Positions 11,058 through 23,893 of a stretch of DNA of 47,649 nt are shown piece after piece (position 1 is the first letter of the stretch; every line of letters starts with the position of its first letter). This stretch comes from Trichinella spiralis. Lineage: Eukaryota. The DNA lies in NCBI RefSeq assembly GCF_000181795.1, contig NW_003526945.1, positions 2,800,765-2,848,413 on the forward strand, in the 5' to 3' direction. The notes beneath the pieces are model-generated. The model was not told the DNA's origin. It made no database searches and saw only the letters and a program-made list of their open reading frames with translations. A program made the position numbers and the translations under genes.

Positions 11058-12602
11058 TAATAATAAACGCTTTATTAACATTTCAGTAAGGATAGTCATT
11101 ATCATATTCATAATTGGCCTCATCCCATCCTACGTACTTGTTTTGTTGTATTTCAATGTGCCGGAGAAATTTGCAAAATATGTAAGAACACAATTTGTGT
11201 AATTACAGAATTAGTAGAATAATATAAATATTTAGCTTATAAGAATATTTGACAAAACAAATCGTTACTGTCCCAAAGTGGTAAATCTGAAAGAAGAGTT
11301 GGTCAAAAAGAAAACCGTATCATTGAAAAGGGGACGAAGCTGCAGTTGGAATGAAGCAGTGGTTTCGCCCTGATTATCAATCTCATTCATTATCACTCAT
11401 TATCCACAATGATATCTCATCATTTAATTTTATTATCATCAATGCTCTATTGACAGAATATTGAAATTTCAAAACTAGAAAAATATTTGCTGATACATTT
11501 AATACTTATTAGTTTCACATGCATTTGCAATGCGTTTGAACTTTTTATTTTATAATTCATTCTACTTTTGTAAATTACTATTTTTGAAAATATCCCATTA
11601 AATGATCTATAATTCATTCATTCATTCATTCATATAATAAAAATATTATTCAACTTGCCAGCATTTTAATGCCATGCATTCTGAGTGTAGTGGATAGTGT
11701 GGAAAATGTAAACCCCAGCATCAGATTATTATTAGCTCATCTACACAACAACCCTGAATCAGCAATAATAACCGACTGCTCGCAAAATAAATTAAATTTT
11801 ATAAAAAAACATTATATAAGTGTCATTATGTTGCCAAAACAGTTTGGCACAATTTTCTGAAAGATTTTTAAAAATTTTCAAAAAAAAGATCTTTCAAGCT
11901 TTTCATTTACCTGTTTGTTCTATATGTTGTTGTGTTGCTTTTGTTTTTTATTGTTCACATATGCACGAGTTGTTCGGTTGCATTTCATTGCCAATTCGAC
12001 AGAACTGTCGGATATTTGCTTCATAATTCGCTTCAGTCAGGGGAGAAGTGATTCAATTGCTGCGGCAGCATTTCCTGTCAGCACTGATCGTGAGTAGGTG
12101 AACGGTTCAAATTTCAAAGATCACTGCAAATCAGAAATGCAACAAGCACGGCGAAAAGGAATGGTTGTTGTTCAAATTACAAAAAAAACATGATGGAACC
12201 AATTGAAATTCAGAATAGAAAAATGAATAATAAAATCCGTGTTAATGATGAAATTATTGGCTAATTTTCAAAATGCCGCTCAATTTTAGACGAACGATTA
12301 AAAATCGATCGGCTTGGAAAAACTGGGAAGTGAAACTTTGCGCAACTTTCAACCACCACCCAATACGAATGTGATGAAAGAATGAATGCAATATAAATCC
12401 AACTGATTTGCACAGCTTAGTTTATAAAATAAAAATTATACCATCAATTGAGAATATAAATTATTACAAAAAAATATAATTGGGACAAAAATCACTGCAC
12501 AAAAATTGCAAACAATTCAGTCACGCAATCATGCAATCGTTTTAGAATTAACATAAACGGCAAAAAATCATTGCAAATTAAATCAGCAATCTTGTGTTCG
12601 AA

Positions 12603-13349
12603 TCATTTATGCCTGACGTTTCTATGAATTTCAGGCTTGACATCGCATACAAGTTTCAACAGCAACTGTATCACCTGAAAACAGAGCAACGGGCATAAAA
12701 AATTATAATAAAAAACTGATATAAATAATCTGATTATAATAAATATTGAGTATAAACAAAGAGAAGTAGCTGAATCAGAATTGAATTACACTATCAAGAA
12801 TAATCAAGAATACACTATCAAGAATATTATCAAGAATAATAAGCAAATTTCCATTGCTTTCAATAATAATAATAATAATAATAATGAAAGGAATTATTAT
12901 TATTATTATTATGATAATAAAAACTAATGCTCACTTGTTCTTTGTTGACGCTGACTAGCTTTTCGATGCGTTCCATTTTTTGGGCAGCTTCGGTCTCGAT
13001 CTTCTGCGCCACGTCATCCCTGGAACCGAGATGCTTGGATTCGTACTGGCGAAATTGACGCTCTCTTTGCTGAACAAATTAGCATAGCAATTGAAGTGAA
13101 AAAAAAGAAAGATTTTTCCCCTCTCACTGGTCACCTATTTGGACCATACAACCTCGGTCCAGGGGTGAATAGTATTAGTAATGGAATAATCGAATTGCTC
13201 ACTTCGCGGTATTTTTCAATCTCCTGCTGCGCCTCTTCTTTAGCCTGCTTCAGGCGACGCGCTTTCCGTTTGCGAGCTTCGTTCACTTGTTCGGCTGCTT
13301 TCTTTTCAGCCGCCAGCAGCTGCTGTATGCCCGTCGTCTGACTGGCCAT
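12603..13349 (-). CDS. vha-10: V-type proton ATPase subunit G, 117 aa, 3 exons
   Basis: [49 protein letters not shown] hallmark. Exons 13349-13203, 13069-12935 and 12674-12603, ending [20 protein letters not shown]. Confidence 0.97.
12787..12912. repeat. Intronic low-complexity repeats: ATCAAGAATA units and an inverted (AAT)n/(ATT)n pair
   Basis: Four ATCAAGAATA copies at about 12794-12840, then an (AAT)n run, a short spacer and an (ATT)n run, all inside vha-10 intron 2. Confidence 0.8.
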
Positions 13350-13670
13350 GGAATGCGCGTCTCACTCTACCATGGGATACACGCACGGTTGCATTGGCAA
13401 AGCGAGGCAAATTAATTAATGCAATCAACGAGAGCAAAAAATTAAAAAATAATCAACGGCGCAGTGACCAGCAACCGCTACAGTATGAAACTGTCTCATG
13501 GAACACAACCGTAATCTTTGTCGTCGCTGTCGGTTGCAGCATCTTGGAAGCCGACAAGAAGCTGCAACCGACAAATTTACACTTTCTTTTATTCAACCAA
13601 AATTAAATAAACAAACAAACAAACAAAAAGGAACGAACGACCATGGAAAAGTACGTTGTTTCGACGGCTT

Positions 13671-16600
13671 TCACGTCGGCACGCCGTGCACGGTGACAAA
13701 GTGGCTGGACAAGGGGAGATGGTAAGGGGCCGGTGAAAAAGCGAATTGGATTTGAACACGCAGCGTTGCGGCGAGGTCGAAAACTGACGCCTCGGTCACC
13801 ACGGCGGTCAAGTCGACGTGGCCGCTGGTCAACGGAGCGACGTGCAGACGCGACCCCGACCGCCCCGACCAGCCGACCACTTTGCACTGAGCTTCGGTGG
13901 ACCCAACGCCCTGAACACGGATCGCCACCGGATGTGCAGGCGAACAGTTGTGCAACGTCAGTTTCACCGGAATTCGGCACATTCTGAAAACAAAATTCGT
14001 CCTCGAATAAACAACAAGTACAACTGGATGGATGGATATAAAGCTGATATAGATGTACAATCGATCAATCAACTACTGAACGCAAACAAATCGACGAATT
14101 ATGCATACTTGGATTGGAAGAAGTCGTGCGATACGGACGTCTCGTAGAATAGATTGTACGTTACGGCACTTGCACCCAGAGGCAAATGGTCATCGTTGTT
14201 CTTCAACAACAGCAACATCAGAGCAGATATCCCATGAAACAGAATGGAAATTCAACCGCACCTACCTGACTGGTCAAAGTTGTTTGCTCGCCGAAGTCGG
14301 TATCGTCGAACAGCAACGACGACAACAAACAGCAGCTCTGGCCCGAACAGCTCCAAGCCTGAGCCGACTGGTCACTACTACTGGAAGCGCAGTCGGCTTT
14401 CCAACTCAGGAAAAGCGTTGAGCGATTCGACGCCACTGCCGACGTCGGCTGGAACAATTCTGGCTCCTCATCGTTGTCGTCGGACAAGGGAAAATAGCTG
14501 ACTGGTCGCCTGTCGGCCACGCCCGACGGTCCAACTTCGAAAATAATATTCTCCGACTGGCCATTTTTCAACACGTACGCTGTTGACGCCAATGATAAAT
14601 TGCAATGGAATTTTACGTAAAATACAGAAAACAAACAAACAAACAATTACATCGTTTCTCTCCAAGAACGTTTTGTATAGCGAAGGCATTGTTGGTAGAA
14701 TACAATCCAATACCGGTAAGGTGGATGGAAATTGTCGTCGAAAAATCGTCGTTCTAAAACAAAAAATGGAAAAAGTTTAAAATTGTCACTCGTGTGCATG
14801 GACACTGGGTACGGGATATTCGTTGAGCACGTTGAGAACGATCAATTTACGCTGACCGGACACCGCGTAGTAGTAGGGCAGTCGTGTTTTGTTGTTCGGT
14901 GTAATTTTGATCGACCGACGGATATTCAACATCGTTCTCCACCGGAACATCCCGACGCTGAGATTGCCGCCGTCGTCGACGCTTGGCGACAGCCAGTAGA
15001 ACAACGCTCGCACGGGCGGTGGTCCGGCCTGGGCGTGCAAGCGAACCCGCAACATGAGCTGCTGGTCGGGACGCAGTGGTCTGTCGGTGTCGGCGTGCAA
15101 GAGCAACTGCCCAGCAGCCGAATCGAGCTGCTGTGCCACCACGCCCTGCCGTCCGGCAACCCAAGCCGACAACGCCCCGGTCGGCTCGGCAGACAGGCAG
15201 AGCAGGCACACATCCTGACAGCCGACGTTGGTGACACGCACGCGCCAGTCGAGCAGCTCACCGTCCAAGTGGGTGGTCCTGGCTGACGGAGATTGGTCGT
15301 TGTCGAGAAAGTCGAAACGGAGTTTGGACGCGGCGCCGACGAACCGTGGCCTCAGGCGACAATCCGACGAGTCGTCCATTTCCAGCGCCCTGCAAGCGGC
15401 CACCGGCGGACGCTGACGGTCGCCGGGTGTGAGCAGATCGTACAACAGCCGGTCGACGGTCAGCCGACCGACGCTATCGCTGCTCACGGTCAGAGCTATT
15501 CGACAGCCGCTAGCTCGCGGCTCGAGCAACAGACCGTCGACAACGCTGCGCTGGACCGTCGCGGGCCAGCGGCCGTCCAGGCGAACATTCCGCAAACTGA
15601 CCGCAACGTCCAGCGGATTATCCAACGCCAACACCACAGTCACGCTGCGACCCACGCCCACGCAGGCTTCTCGGCTGTTGTCGGTCGACGTGCTGTTGTC
15701 CATGTAGAAGAGGGTGGTCGGCTGGGATTGCTGCGAAGCAGGTCCCAGTCGGCGCCAAGCGATTTCTCGACACCGTCGTTCCAATATTTTCCATGTCTCG
15801 TCGGCCCATTCGGCCGCCGTGGCGCGGCACCACCGCTGGCTCAGGTCCACAAAATCGTCGCCCGAATAGACGACCGTTTCCGACGTACGAACCACCGGCA
15901 ATGCCAACGAGTCGATCCTCTTCCCGCCGACCACTTGCAGACGACCGGCAACGGTCAAGTATTCTTCCAATATAGACTGCTGCTGCTGGGCCGACAGTGC
16001 ACAGCCTGACGACAGCAAACGTCCAAACGCATCCGCACTTTCCGCCACTCGTTTCAAGCCACAATACAACTGGCCCAGTGTTAAATTTATGTGATCCTAC
16101 AAATGTGTATATTTGGCGTTTAATTTGAAAACACTCAATACGTATAACGATATCGATATCAATATGGGAATATTCGTTTATCAAGCATTTATTTACCTCT
16201 GAATAATTCCACCTTTTGGAAATGTACATTCGCAATGCTTGGTTGTAACAACGTATGGAATTCAATCGCAACGAGCACTTCAAATAACGATGACCGGCCA
16301 AAACGAGATGAAATCCAGCCTTGCGGTGACGTTTGGAAGCTGCGAAACAACGCGCCGCTTCTTCCAAAAACAAAGCACTAACCAAATGATCCTGCGCAAT
16401 GAGCAACAACATCATACAAACAATACAAAGTGGAGAAAAAAAAATGAAAATTCATTCAAAATTGCTAACCTTTTCAGCGAAACGACTCAACTGACAGGCG
16501 GCTTCTACAAATTGACCAGAAGTGAGCAAAATTTGAACGCTGAACAAAACCGCACGTATACCATACCATAATTGACTTGAAGTGATTGGAATTGAAACAA

Positions 16601-19377
16601 AACAAAACAAAACATGTAAATTTTCACAACGACATTTTCCAATGTATGCAACAAAAAAACCAATACTTGCAAACGTCGACATAAGTAGAAATTGCATTTT
16701 CCATATAATGATTTGGATACGCCTTCGGCGAACACTGACCGAGCAAAAACACGCTAAGGCAGACCATCTCCTGCAAAAATGAACAGCAGCATATAAAAAA
16801 AAATATACATATACACATTGTAAAATAATAATAATAATAATAATGAACGTACACAAGCACCGGCATATTGCAACCAAGCATGCATGTTTGAAAATTCTTT
16901 GCGAAGCGAATGGTATATTTGATAGGCTTGTTCGTAATCTTGGAAGAGAAAAGCCAAATCGGCAAGGCGACGTGCCTGCATCTCGGCAGATTCGAGGGAA
17001 AAATTCGGTTCCGACAACGAGACCGTCGTCGGCCCAGAACCTGGTGACAACGACGAGCCGCCAATGGTAGACGAAGTGGCCAACAAATTTGGCGAACTAT
17101 TGCCAGAAAGCCACTTTTTGGTCACGTTGATCAACGATTTGCCAATTCGTTTCCGTGATGAAACCTGAATTTCACAACGTCAAAAAAATACAAAATACAT
17201 AACAAATTCCCAACTGATCACTTGTTCGTTGAGCAGCTTCATCTGCCGTTCCACGTAAGGTATCAAACTTTTCGTGCAAAACTGCGACAAAAATCCACGA
17301 ACTTGTTCAACATCCTGCTCGGTCAAACACTGACCACTGATCGAAGAAGTGAAAAGTGGAATAAACAATTAATTTGACAATAAAAATTCAAATAATTATC
17401 ATACCGAACAATTTCTGCGTTGCAACCATTCGACGGATACAACATTTGCTGATCACAGTCGACTTGAACGGCGGCAGCGAACGCTTCAACCAAATCAACC
17501 TCGCTCAACGGATGCGGTATCAACTGTCTGCTGTTGTCCGACTCCAGTGGCAACAAATTTGCATTGGAATTGGCTTCAGTCGGCTTTTGCCCGTCGTTTA
17601 GAACCGCATCGTCGCCGCTGGCAGTGAAAAATCGAACCTGGTCAGTTGAAAAAGAAGAAGAAGAAGAAGCCTGTCCCTTGGGATCATTGTTCAACAGCTC
17701 GACGGAATTGTCGTCGTTCATTTGAAAAGCAACCGCATTAGCATCGTTGGTGATGAAACTTGTCCACAAATCTGTCGAACAATTTTCACCCAACTCACAA
17801 CTGTTCAACCGAAGAATATGGCAATTTTCCTCGCCGTACAATTTCCTCATCTGTTGATAAATTTCATCTGCCCTACAAAAGAGAAAAAAAAACATCAATC
17901 TCTATTGATAAGAACAGAAATTTTTCAAAAAATAACAAAACAAAAAATAATAACCTCCGTTCGTCACCAGATTTGACATCGTGCAGTAGAACGTAATATT
18001 TGAATACATTTTGAAAAAACCATTTCGGAGCGCTAACATTTCTTGGCAATGAAAAGTCCGTCATTTCAGTCACCCGTCCAGGCTGATGCTGATGAGCGTG
18101 CTGATACTGCAGCAATAAATTCAAACATTGCAAAGGATCTTGGTCGGCAGAACTGATCACAAATATACCTAGAAAATAGACAAACAAACTAATTATATAT
18201 ATATATACCATGGTAAAAAAGAAAAATCATTTCCCGAATAATTAGTACTTTGAAATATTCACAATGTTCTTCTAATCCCGAGTATCAAAATTGAAATGCA
18301 TGTGAATTTGAAATTGCAGTCGATTAAAAATGCAAAACATCAAAAACAATCCTCGTTCAAATATTATCTACAACACTTTGGGCTATTGGAAATTGAAAAT
18401 TGTTCCAAAGACTCGCTCAACGAGACAGACACATCACGCATCCGCTTGATGAAAAACTGGATACACGCAAAAGCACTATACATGTATATATATATATATA
18501 TGTATAACTAGTTTGACGAAACGGATGCAATTGAATTTCCACATTTCACAATATGAAATTAGAAAGCAGGCCATGATGTCGCGTCGATAAATCGAACGGA
18601 AAAATTCGATGCGCTTTATTACACGAGAAATTCAATATGCAAACGACCAATCATACAAACTTTGTCGAAGCTTTCCATCAGTAAACCTGTCATAGCTTAG
18701 AACAACGACAACAACAACAATGATAGTAATCGAACAGCAATCAAATTGATAAACGTGTTTCCACAGTATAATAATATGAATCAATAAACAATTGATGAAA
18801 ATAAATTTCAACTTGTAAAAAAGAAAATACTCACAAGCTAGATAAGTTCGAAGAAATTCATGGTCGCCAGGTTTCAACAATCCCAACAACTGCTTCCTAT
18901 ATTCGACGAACCAAGGCAACGGTTGGGAATGTGAAATCGCGGTCGATCGCTCCTCGTCGGCCAAATATTGCACACGTCTCATCGCTTCCATCAAATTCAA
19001 TCTCAACGCTTGAGCGACCAAAAATCCACTTTTACGAACGTCACGAAAATCCAACTGCAACTGTTCAATTTTCACACACTGCCCACCAGCATTTTTCATC
19101 ATAACTAAGAAGAAAAAAAAATTTTTTTCACAATCTACAACATCAAATTTCAAAACAGTTCGACGCCATTTTTACCCGGTATGTGGATTTGGCTGAACGG
19201 TTGCAACAGTTCGGCAAACGTCAGATTATTTTTCTGGCAAATCTTCTCCGCCTCGCCACTTGCCAACACTCCGATCATTGGAGCAAAATTTTCTTTAATA
19301 AATTCCGCCATATATTCAACCTAGAACATCGAGAAATGGTAGAAAAAAAACAATTAATAATAAATTAAACTCACCAT
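13671..19377 (-). CDS. TRAPPC8: Trafficking protein particle complex subunit 8 (TRAPPIII, Trs85), multi-exon
   Basis: N-terminal FIKENFAPMIGVLASGEAEKICQKNNLTFAELLQPF; DHEFLRTYLAC; KYYVLLHDV; LESAEMQARRLADLAFLFQDYEQAYQIY; RKAGFHLVLAGHRY; C-terminal CRIPVKLTLHNCS. The ATG appears to end a first exon (ATG|GTGAG at 19377-19375). Confidence 0.9.
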
Positions 19378-20242
19378 AAGCCGTCCACATACAATAAACG
19401 AGAACGAATTTACTGCAGCATTGCAAATCAGAAAAAAAACACTACATCACTGAAAAGTAATGAGAAAATTTTGAAAATAATAAATATGAATCAAAAGAGA
19501 TATTTTATTTTTCAAATAATCTAGTAAAATTAGTAAAATATATCAAAATTTTTTAACCACGCGCGCCAAATAAACCATTTCAACAAATATAAAAGAAAAA
19601 TAAACAACGTTCATTGGATAATGTTTTTGTACCAAAACAAATGAAGTGACAAAAAAAATATCACAACATGTGCAAGATGCAAAAAATTGCAATACTGCAT
19701 TATATTGGTTAGTTTGTGGTTAAAAAATTGACAATTTGCAAATACTGTTTAAAAAAACGATCCAATTCGCCAATGACACTTACCAAAATACAACCGCGCA
19801 ACTCAATGCAAACAATCATCACTTATTATCATCAATAATTACAGAAGCTCAAATGACGACATCAAGTACAACAGCAACAGTCAAAAAATTGCACTGAAAA
19901 TAAAAATACTGTAAAATTGGTTTTATTAACATAGCTGTTCAATTAATGGCCGAATAAATTTGTTTACTGCCCACTTAATTTTCGCTTTTCAATTTGTCAA
20001 ATATTAAAGTGATTTATTAAAAAAGCCTCAGTTCTAAAATATTTGAAAATTTTAAAAAAGTAAAGTGAAAATTTATTTTATGCAAAAATTGATTACTGTA
20101 AATTTGCTTTCTTACTATATAATTTTTGAAAAATTTTTGTCCAACTTCCAATTGTACTTCAATACATTGATCATACTGTAATGGTGAAAATTTGACCTTG
20201 TCGTTTTTGTCGATTTGCCAGAGAATAGGATGAAATTTCAGC

Positions 20243-23200
20243 ATGAGTGGCAGGCGTTTCAAATTTAAAAAGATATGCGACTTGCAGGCCAAAGCGGTTG
20301 TTAGCACGCCAGTTTTGCCAACAAGTAAAGGTAAGAAGAATGTTGGGATTTGTTATTGACCACCCAGTGCAATGGTTGAAACAGTCGCGCGCATTTTGGT
20401 CGTTCTGATTGTTGTTTTTTCCTTTTTGAAATTGGTGTTTTGTTCAATTTTAGTAATTCAAATTTCTTCGCCGATACGTATCGACAGTAGTGGTGCATTA
20501 AAAAATGATACTCGTTGCAGCACTGTGTCTACGAGTAGTGGAACTGTCGCTGGTGGCGGATTTAACAGCAGAAAACTCCAACTGCCAACCGGCGAGGCGA
20601 CAGTTTTTAAAAATTCCACAAGTCATAATCCGGCATTGGAGTCGAATCGACCAGACGATGATATTTTCGACGATGTACCTTTTGCGGACAGTTTTCCGGA
20701 CGACGACGATGTCACGTTTCCACCGACTGTCGTCGGTTCAGGCCAGACGAACGTGGCGAACAATTGTGCAATTCCACAGAGGTTGATCGACGAGTTCGAA
20801 AACGAAGACGAGGATGATTTTTTGCTTATGGTCGACCAGAGGACGCAGTCGAATTTGACTCAAGTTTCGAACAGCAACACCAGTGGGGAGAATTTGAGTT
20901 GGAATAGCGAAATTGGCTCGCCAGAATTGGGATTTTTCACCAGTACACCGAAAGTTCGATCCAAAGGAGTGAAATCGAATTCCAAAACCAAGTCGATCAC
21001 CACTGACCAGTCCAAAGTAGAAGAGAAGGTTGAATTTGTTGTCGAAAGTGGTGAAGCGATTTCTATCGAAAAGTTGAGATCCGTGATATGTTCGGTGGAG
21101 AAAGATTTGGCCGATAGTGTGGTCGAGTTGGAAAAACGTTTGAACATTTTGTCGGTTATAATTTGCAATTTGTTGGAAAAGTTGGCTATACCAAAAATTG
21201 TCAGCCTGTTGCCGGAATCGTTGCGCGACGTGTATCAGACGGCGGCGTTGATGAGGAAAAAGTTGATCGCCAGACGTCGTGCGTTGGTGAAACGTTCGAA
21301 CAGTGGAAAGCGGTTGGAGGAGAAGAAGCAGTGGTCGCCGTATTTCAGTGCACCATTGCCGACCGTGGAGGAGCAACAGGACGTGGAAAGGGAAAAGCCG
21401 TTGCCAACGGCCGAACCAGCTTGCCAGAGGATCAGTCCGTTGAAGCTCGGTGCCCATGGGAAATTTCGAAGCTTCGTTCGAGACGATTCGGCCGAATTCG
21501 AGCATACCAATTTCGAACATTCGGTTGGCGCCAGACGAACGTTGGTTCAAGTGTTCGGTTTCAGGAGTTTTCGCCACAAGCAGTTGGCGGCGGTCAACGC
21601 GATTCTGCTCAATTACGACTGCTTCATCTTGATGCCAACCGGCGCCGGCAAAAGTCTCTGCTACCAGCTGCCGGCGGTTCTCGGCTCCGGCGTGACCGTG
21701 GTCGTTTCTCCGTTGAAGTCGCTGATCGAAGACCAAGTGCACAAGTTGAACCAGCTGCAAGTACCGGCGCTGGCACTCTGTGGAGACGTACCCGTGTCGC
21801 GATTGTCGTTCCAGTCGACCGGCGAGTTTGGTGGCCAGTGGTCGGCGACGGTCAAACTCGTCTACGTCACTCCGGAACGACTGAGCGCATCGTCGAAACT
21901 GCTCGAAATGCTCGACGATTTGTACCGGCGCCAACTGTTGAGCAGGTTCGTCATTGACGAGGCCCACTGCGTGTCCCAGTGGGGCCACGACTTCAGACCC
22001 GACTACAAGCGGCTCTTCTTGCTTCGCCAGCGCTACGTCGGCGTGCCGATTGTCGCTTTGACTGCCACGGCCACGCCCAAAATTCTCGTCGACACCAAAA
22101 AGCAGTTGAACATGCCCCAGGCGAAACTGTTCGTCAGCAGTTTTGTCCGTTCCAATCTCTCTTACAAAGTATCCGCTGACCACAGTAGCGTGTTCAACAT
22201 TGATGTTCATGATTTGTTTGTTGTTTTTTTTTGCTGCAGGTTTTCGAAAAAGACAGCAAATGTTTGCAGACGATCGTTTCATTGGTCAAAGGGATTTATG
22301 CGAACAGTTCGGGAATTGTGTATTGCTTGTCGAGAAAAGAGTGCGAGTCGGTTGCCAAGTTGCTCGTATCCCACGGCGTCAGGGCCGAACCGTATCACGC
22401 CGGTCAGGCGGACAGTCGCCGGTCCAAAGTCCAACGGGACTGGATATGCGGCAAAGTGTTGGTCATTTGTGCGACGATCGCTTTCGGCATGGGCATCGAC
22501 AAGCCGGACGTGCGTTTCGTCATTCACCACAGCATGCCGAAATCGATCGAAGGTTATTATCAAGAAACTGGGCGTGCCGGACGCGACGGCCTGCCGGCCC
22601 ACTGTTTGCTATTTTACAGTTATCATGTGAATGGAGATTGTCGCTTCGATTGATTGATTGATTTATTTATTTATTCGTTATCTGTTTGTTTAGGATTCTG
22701 TCCGTTTGCGTAAATTGATGGAATCAGAAATGTCGGCATCGAAAGGCACGACCGCGTTGGAAATGCACCGTCGCAATTTGCTCGAAATGGTCGCCTACGG
22801 TGAAAATGTGGGCGTGTGCCGGCGAAAATTGTTGGTCGAACATTTCGGCGAAATATACGACTCGGCAGTTTGCAAGGCGAACCTGGCCACCGCCTGCGAC
22901 GTCTGCAAACGACGCCACTCGCCGTCGTTGTTCGATTTGACCACCGACTGCCGGCTGCTGGTGGAGACGTACCGCGCGATGAGGCGCGACCCTCGCCGGC
23001 GAGTCACGTTGAAGCAGCTGGCCGACGTGTACCGCGGCGCGCAGACCAAGGGCATCCACGCAGCCGGCGACTCGCGCTTGGCGGTCTATGGGCGCGGTGC
23101 CGGCTTGGGTTCGAAAGGGGCGTTGCGGGTGTTGCACCAGCTGGTCTGCGAGGGGGTGTTTGTCGAGCAGCTCTGCACGACGGCCAGCGAGCACGTGGTC

Positions 23201-23893
23201 AGCTATTTGGAGCTGGGTCCGATGGTCGATCGACTCGTGTCCGGCGACAAGAAAATGCACGTCTATTTGGAATCGTCGACCGCCAGTGGCACCAGTGGCA
23301 GTGGTCAGCAGCAGCAGCAACAAGAATTTTGGACGGCGGTCACCGAAGGCATGATGGCGATGGAAAAGAACCGCTTCAAGCACGCGGACATCAGCGAGCG
23401 TTGCTTGCAGACGTTGAACCAGCTGCTCTGCGAAATGGCCGAACGGGAAAATTTGCCGAACAGGAATGCGATTTTGAATGCCGAAGCGTTGAACCAAATC
23501 GCCGGCTGGCTGCCCAGAACCCAATCCGAACTGTTGGCCGTGGACACGATGACCGAGGCGAAATTGGCCAAATACGGTCCGCTGCTGATGCGCGCCTTGG
23601 AACCGTTCTGGGACGAGGTCGACCGTCGCGAGTCGGAACGCATGACAACCGAACTGGCGGTGCTCGACAACGCCGTCGATATGTCGGCCGTTTTCGGCAT
23701 ACCAGTGGCCCAGCCGTCGCCGTTTGCCAGCGCCCCACGGAAGCGCGTCTGGAAATCGACCTCCACCCGTCGCAGTGGAACGGGCAAAACTGCGGCGCGC
23801 GGTCGCAAGCCCGTCAAAGCCCCTTCTAAAGCTCGTCGTACTGCCGCTAAAGTTAAACGTACCAAAGCGCTGCCGTTAGTTCACATTCGTTGA
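20243..23893 (+). CDS. BLM: RecQ-family DNA helicase, Bloom syndrome (BLM/HIM-6) type, 4 exons
   Basis: Exons 20243-20330, 20454-22168, 22240-22626 and 22694-23893. Motifs LMPTGAGKSLCYQLP, VIDEAHCVSQWGHDFRPDY, ATIAFGMGIDKPDVRFV, YYQETGRAGRDG. RQC zinc site CRRKLLVEHFGE..C..CDVC, HRDC-like LNQIAGWLPRTQSELLAVDTMTEAKLAKYG, long acidic N-terminus and basic C-tail. Confidence 0.93.

Noticed and set aside
14732..16415. ORFs of 184-265 aa overlapping TRAPPC8 on either strand
   Set aside because: Antisense or off-frame shadows; only the first part of 15618..16415 is a real TRAPPC8 exon.
20738..23865. Long antisense or alternate-frame ORFs over BLM (514, 337, 266, 264 aa)
   Set aside because: Shadows of a GC-rich coding strand; no recognisable domains or separate gene signals.
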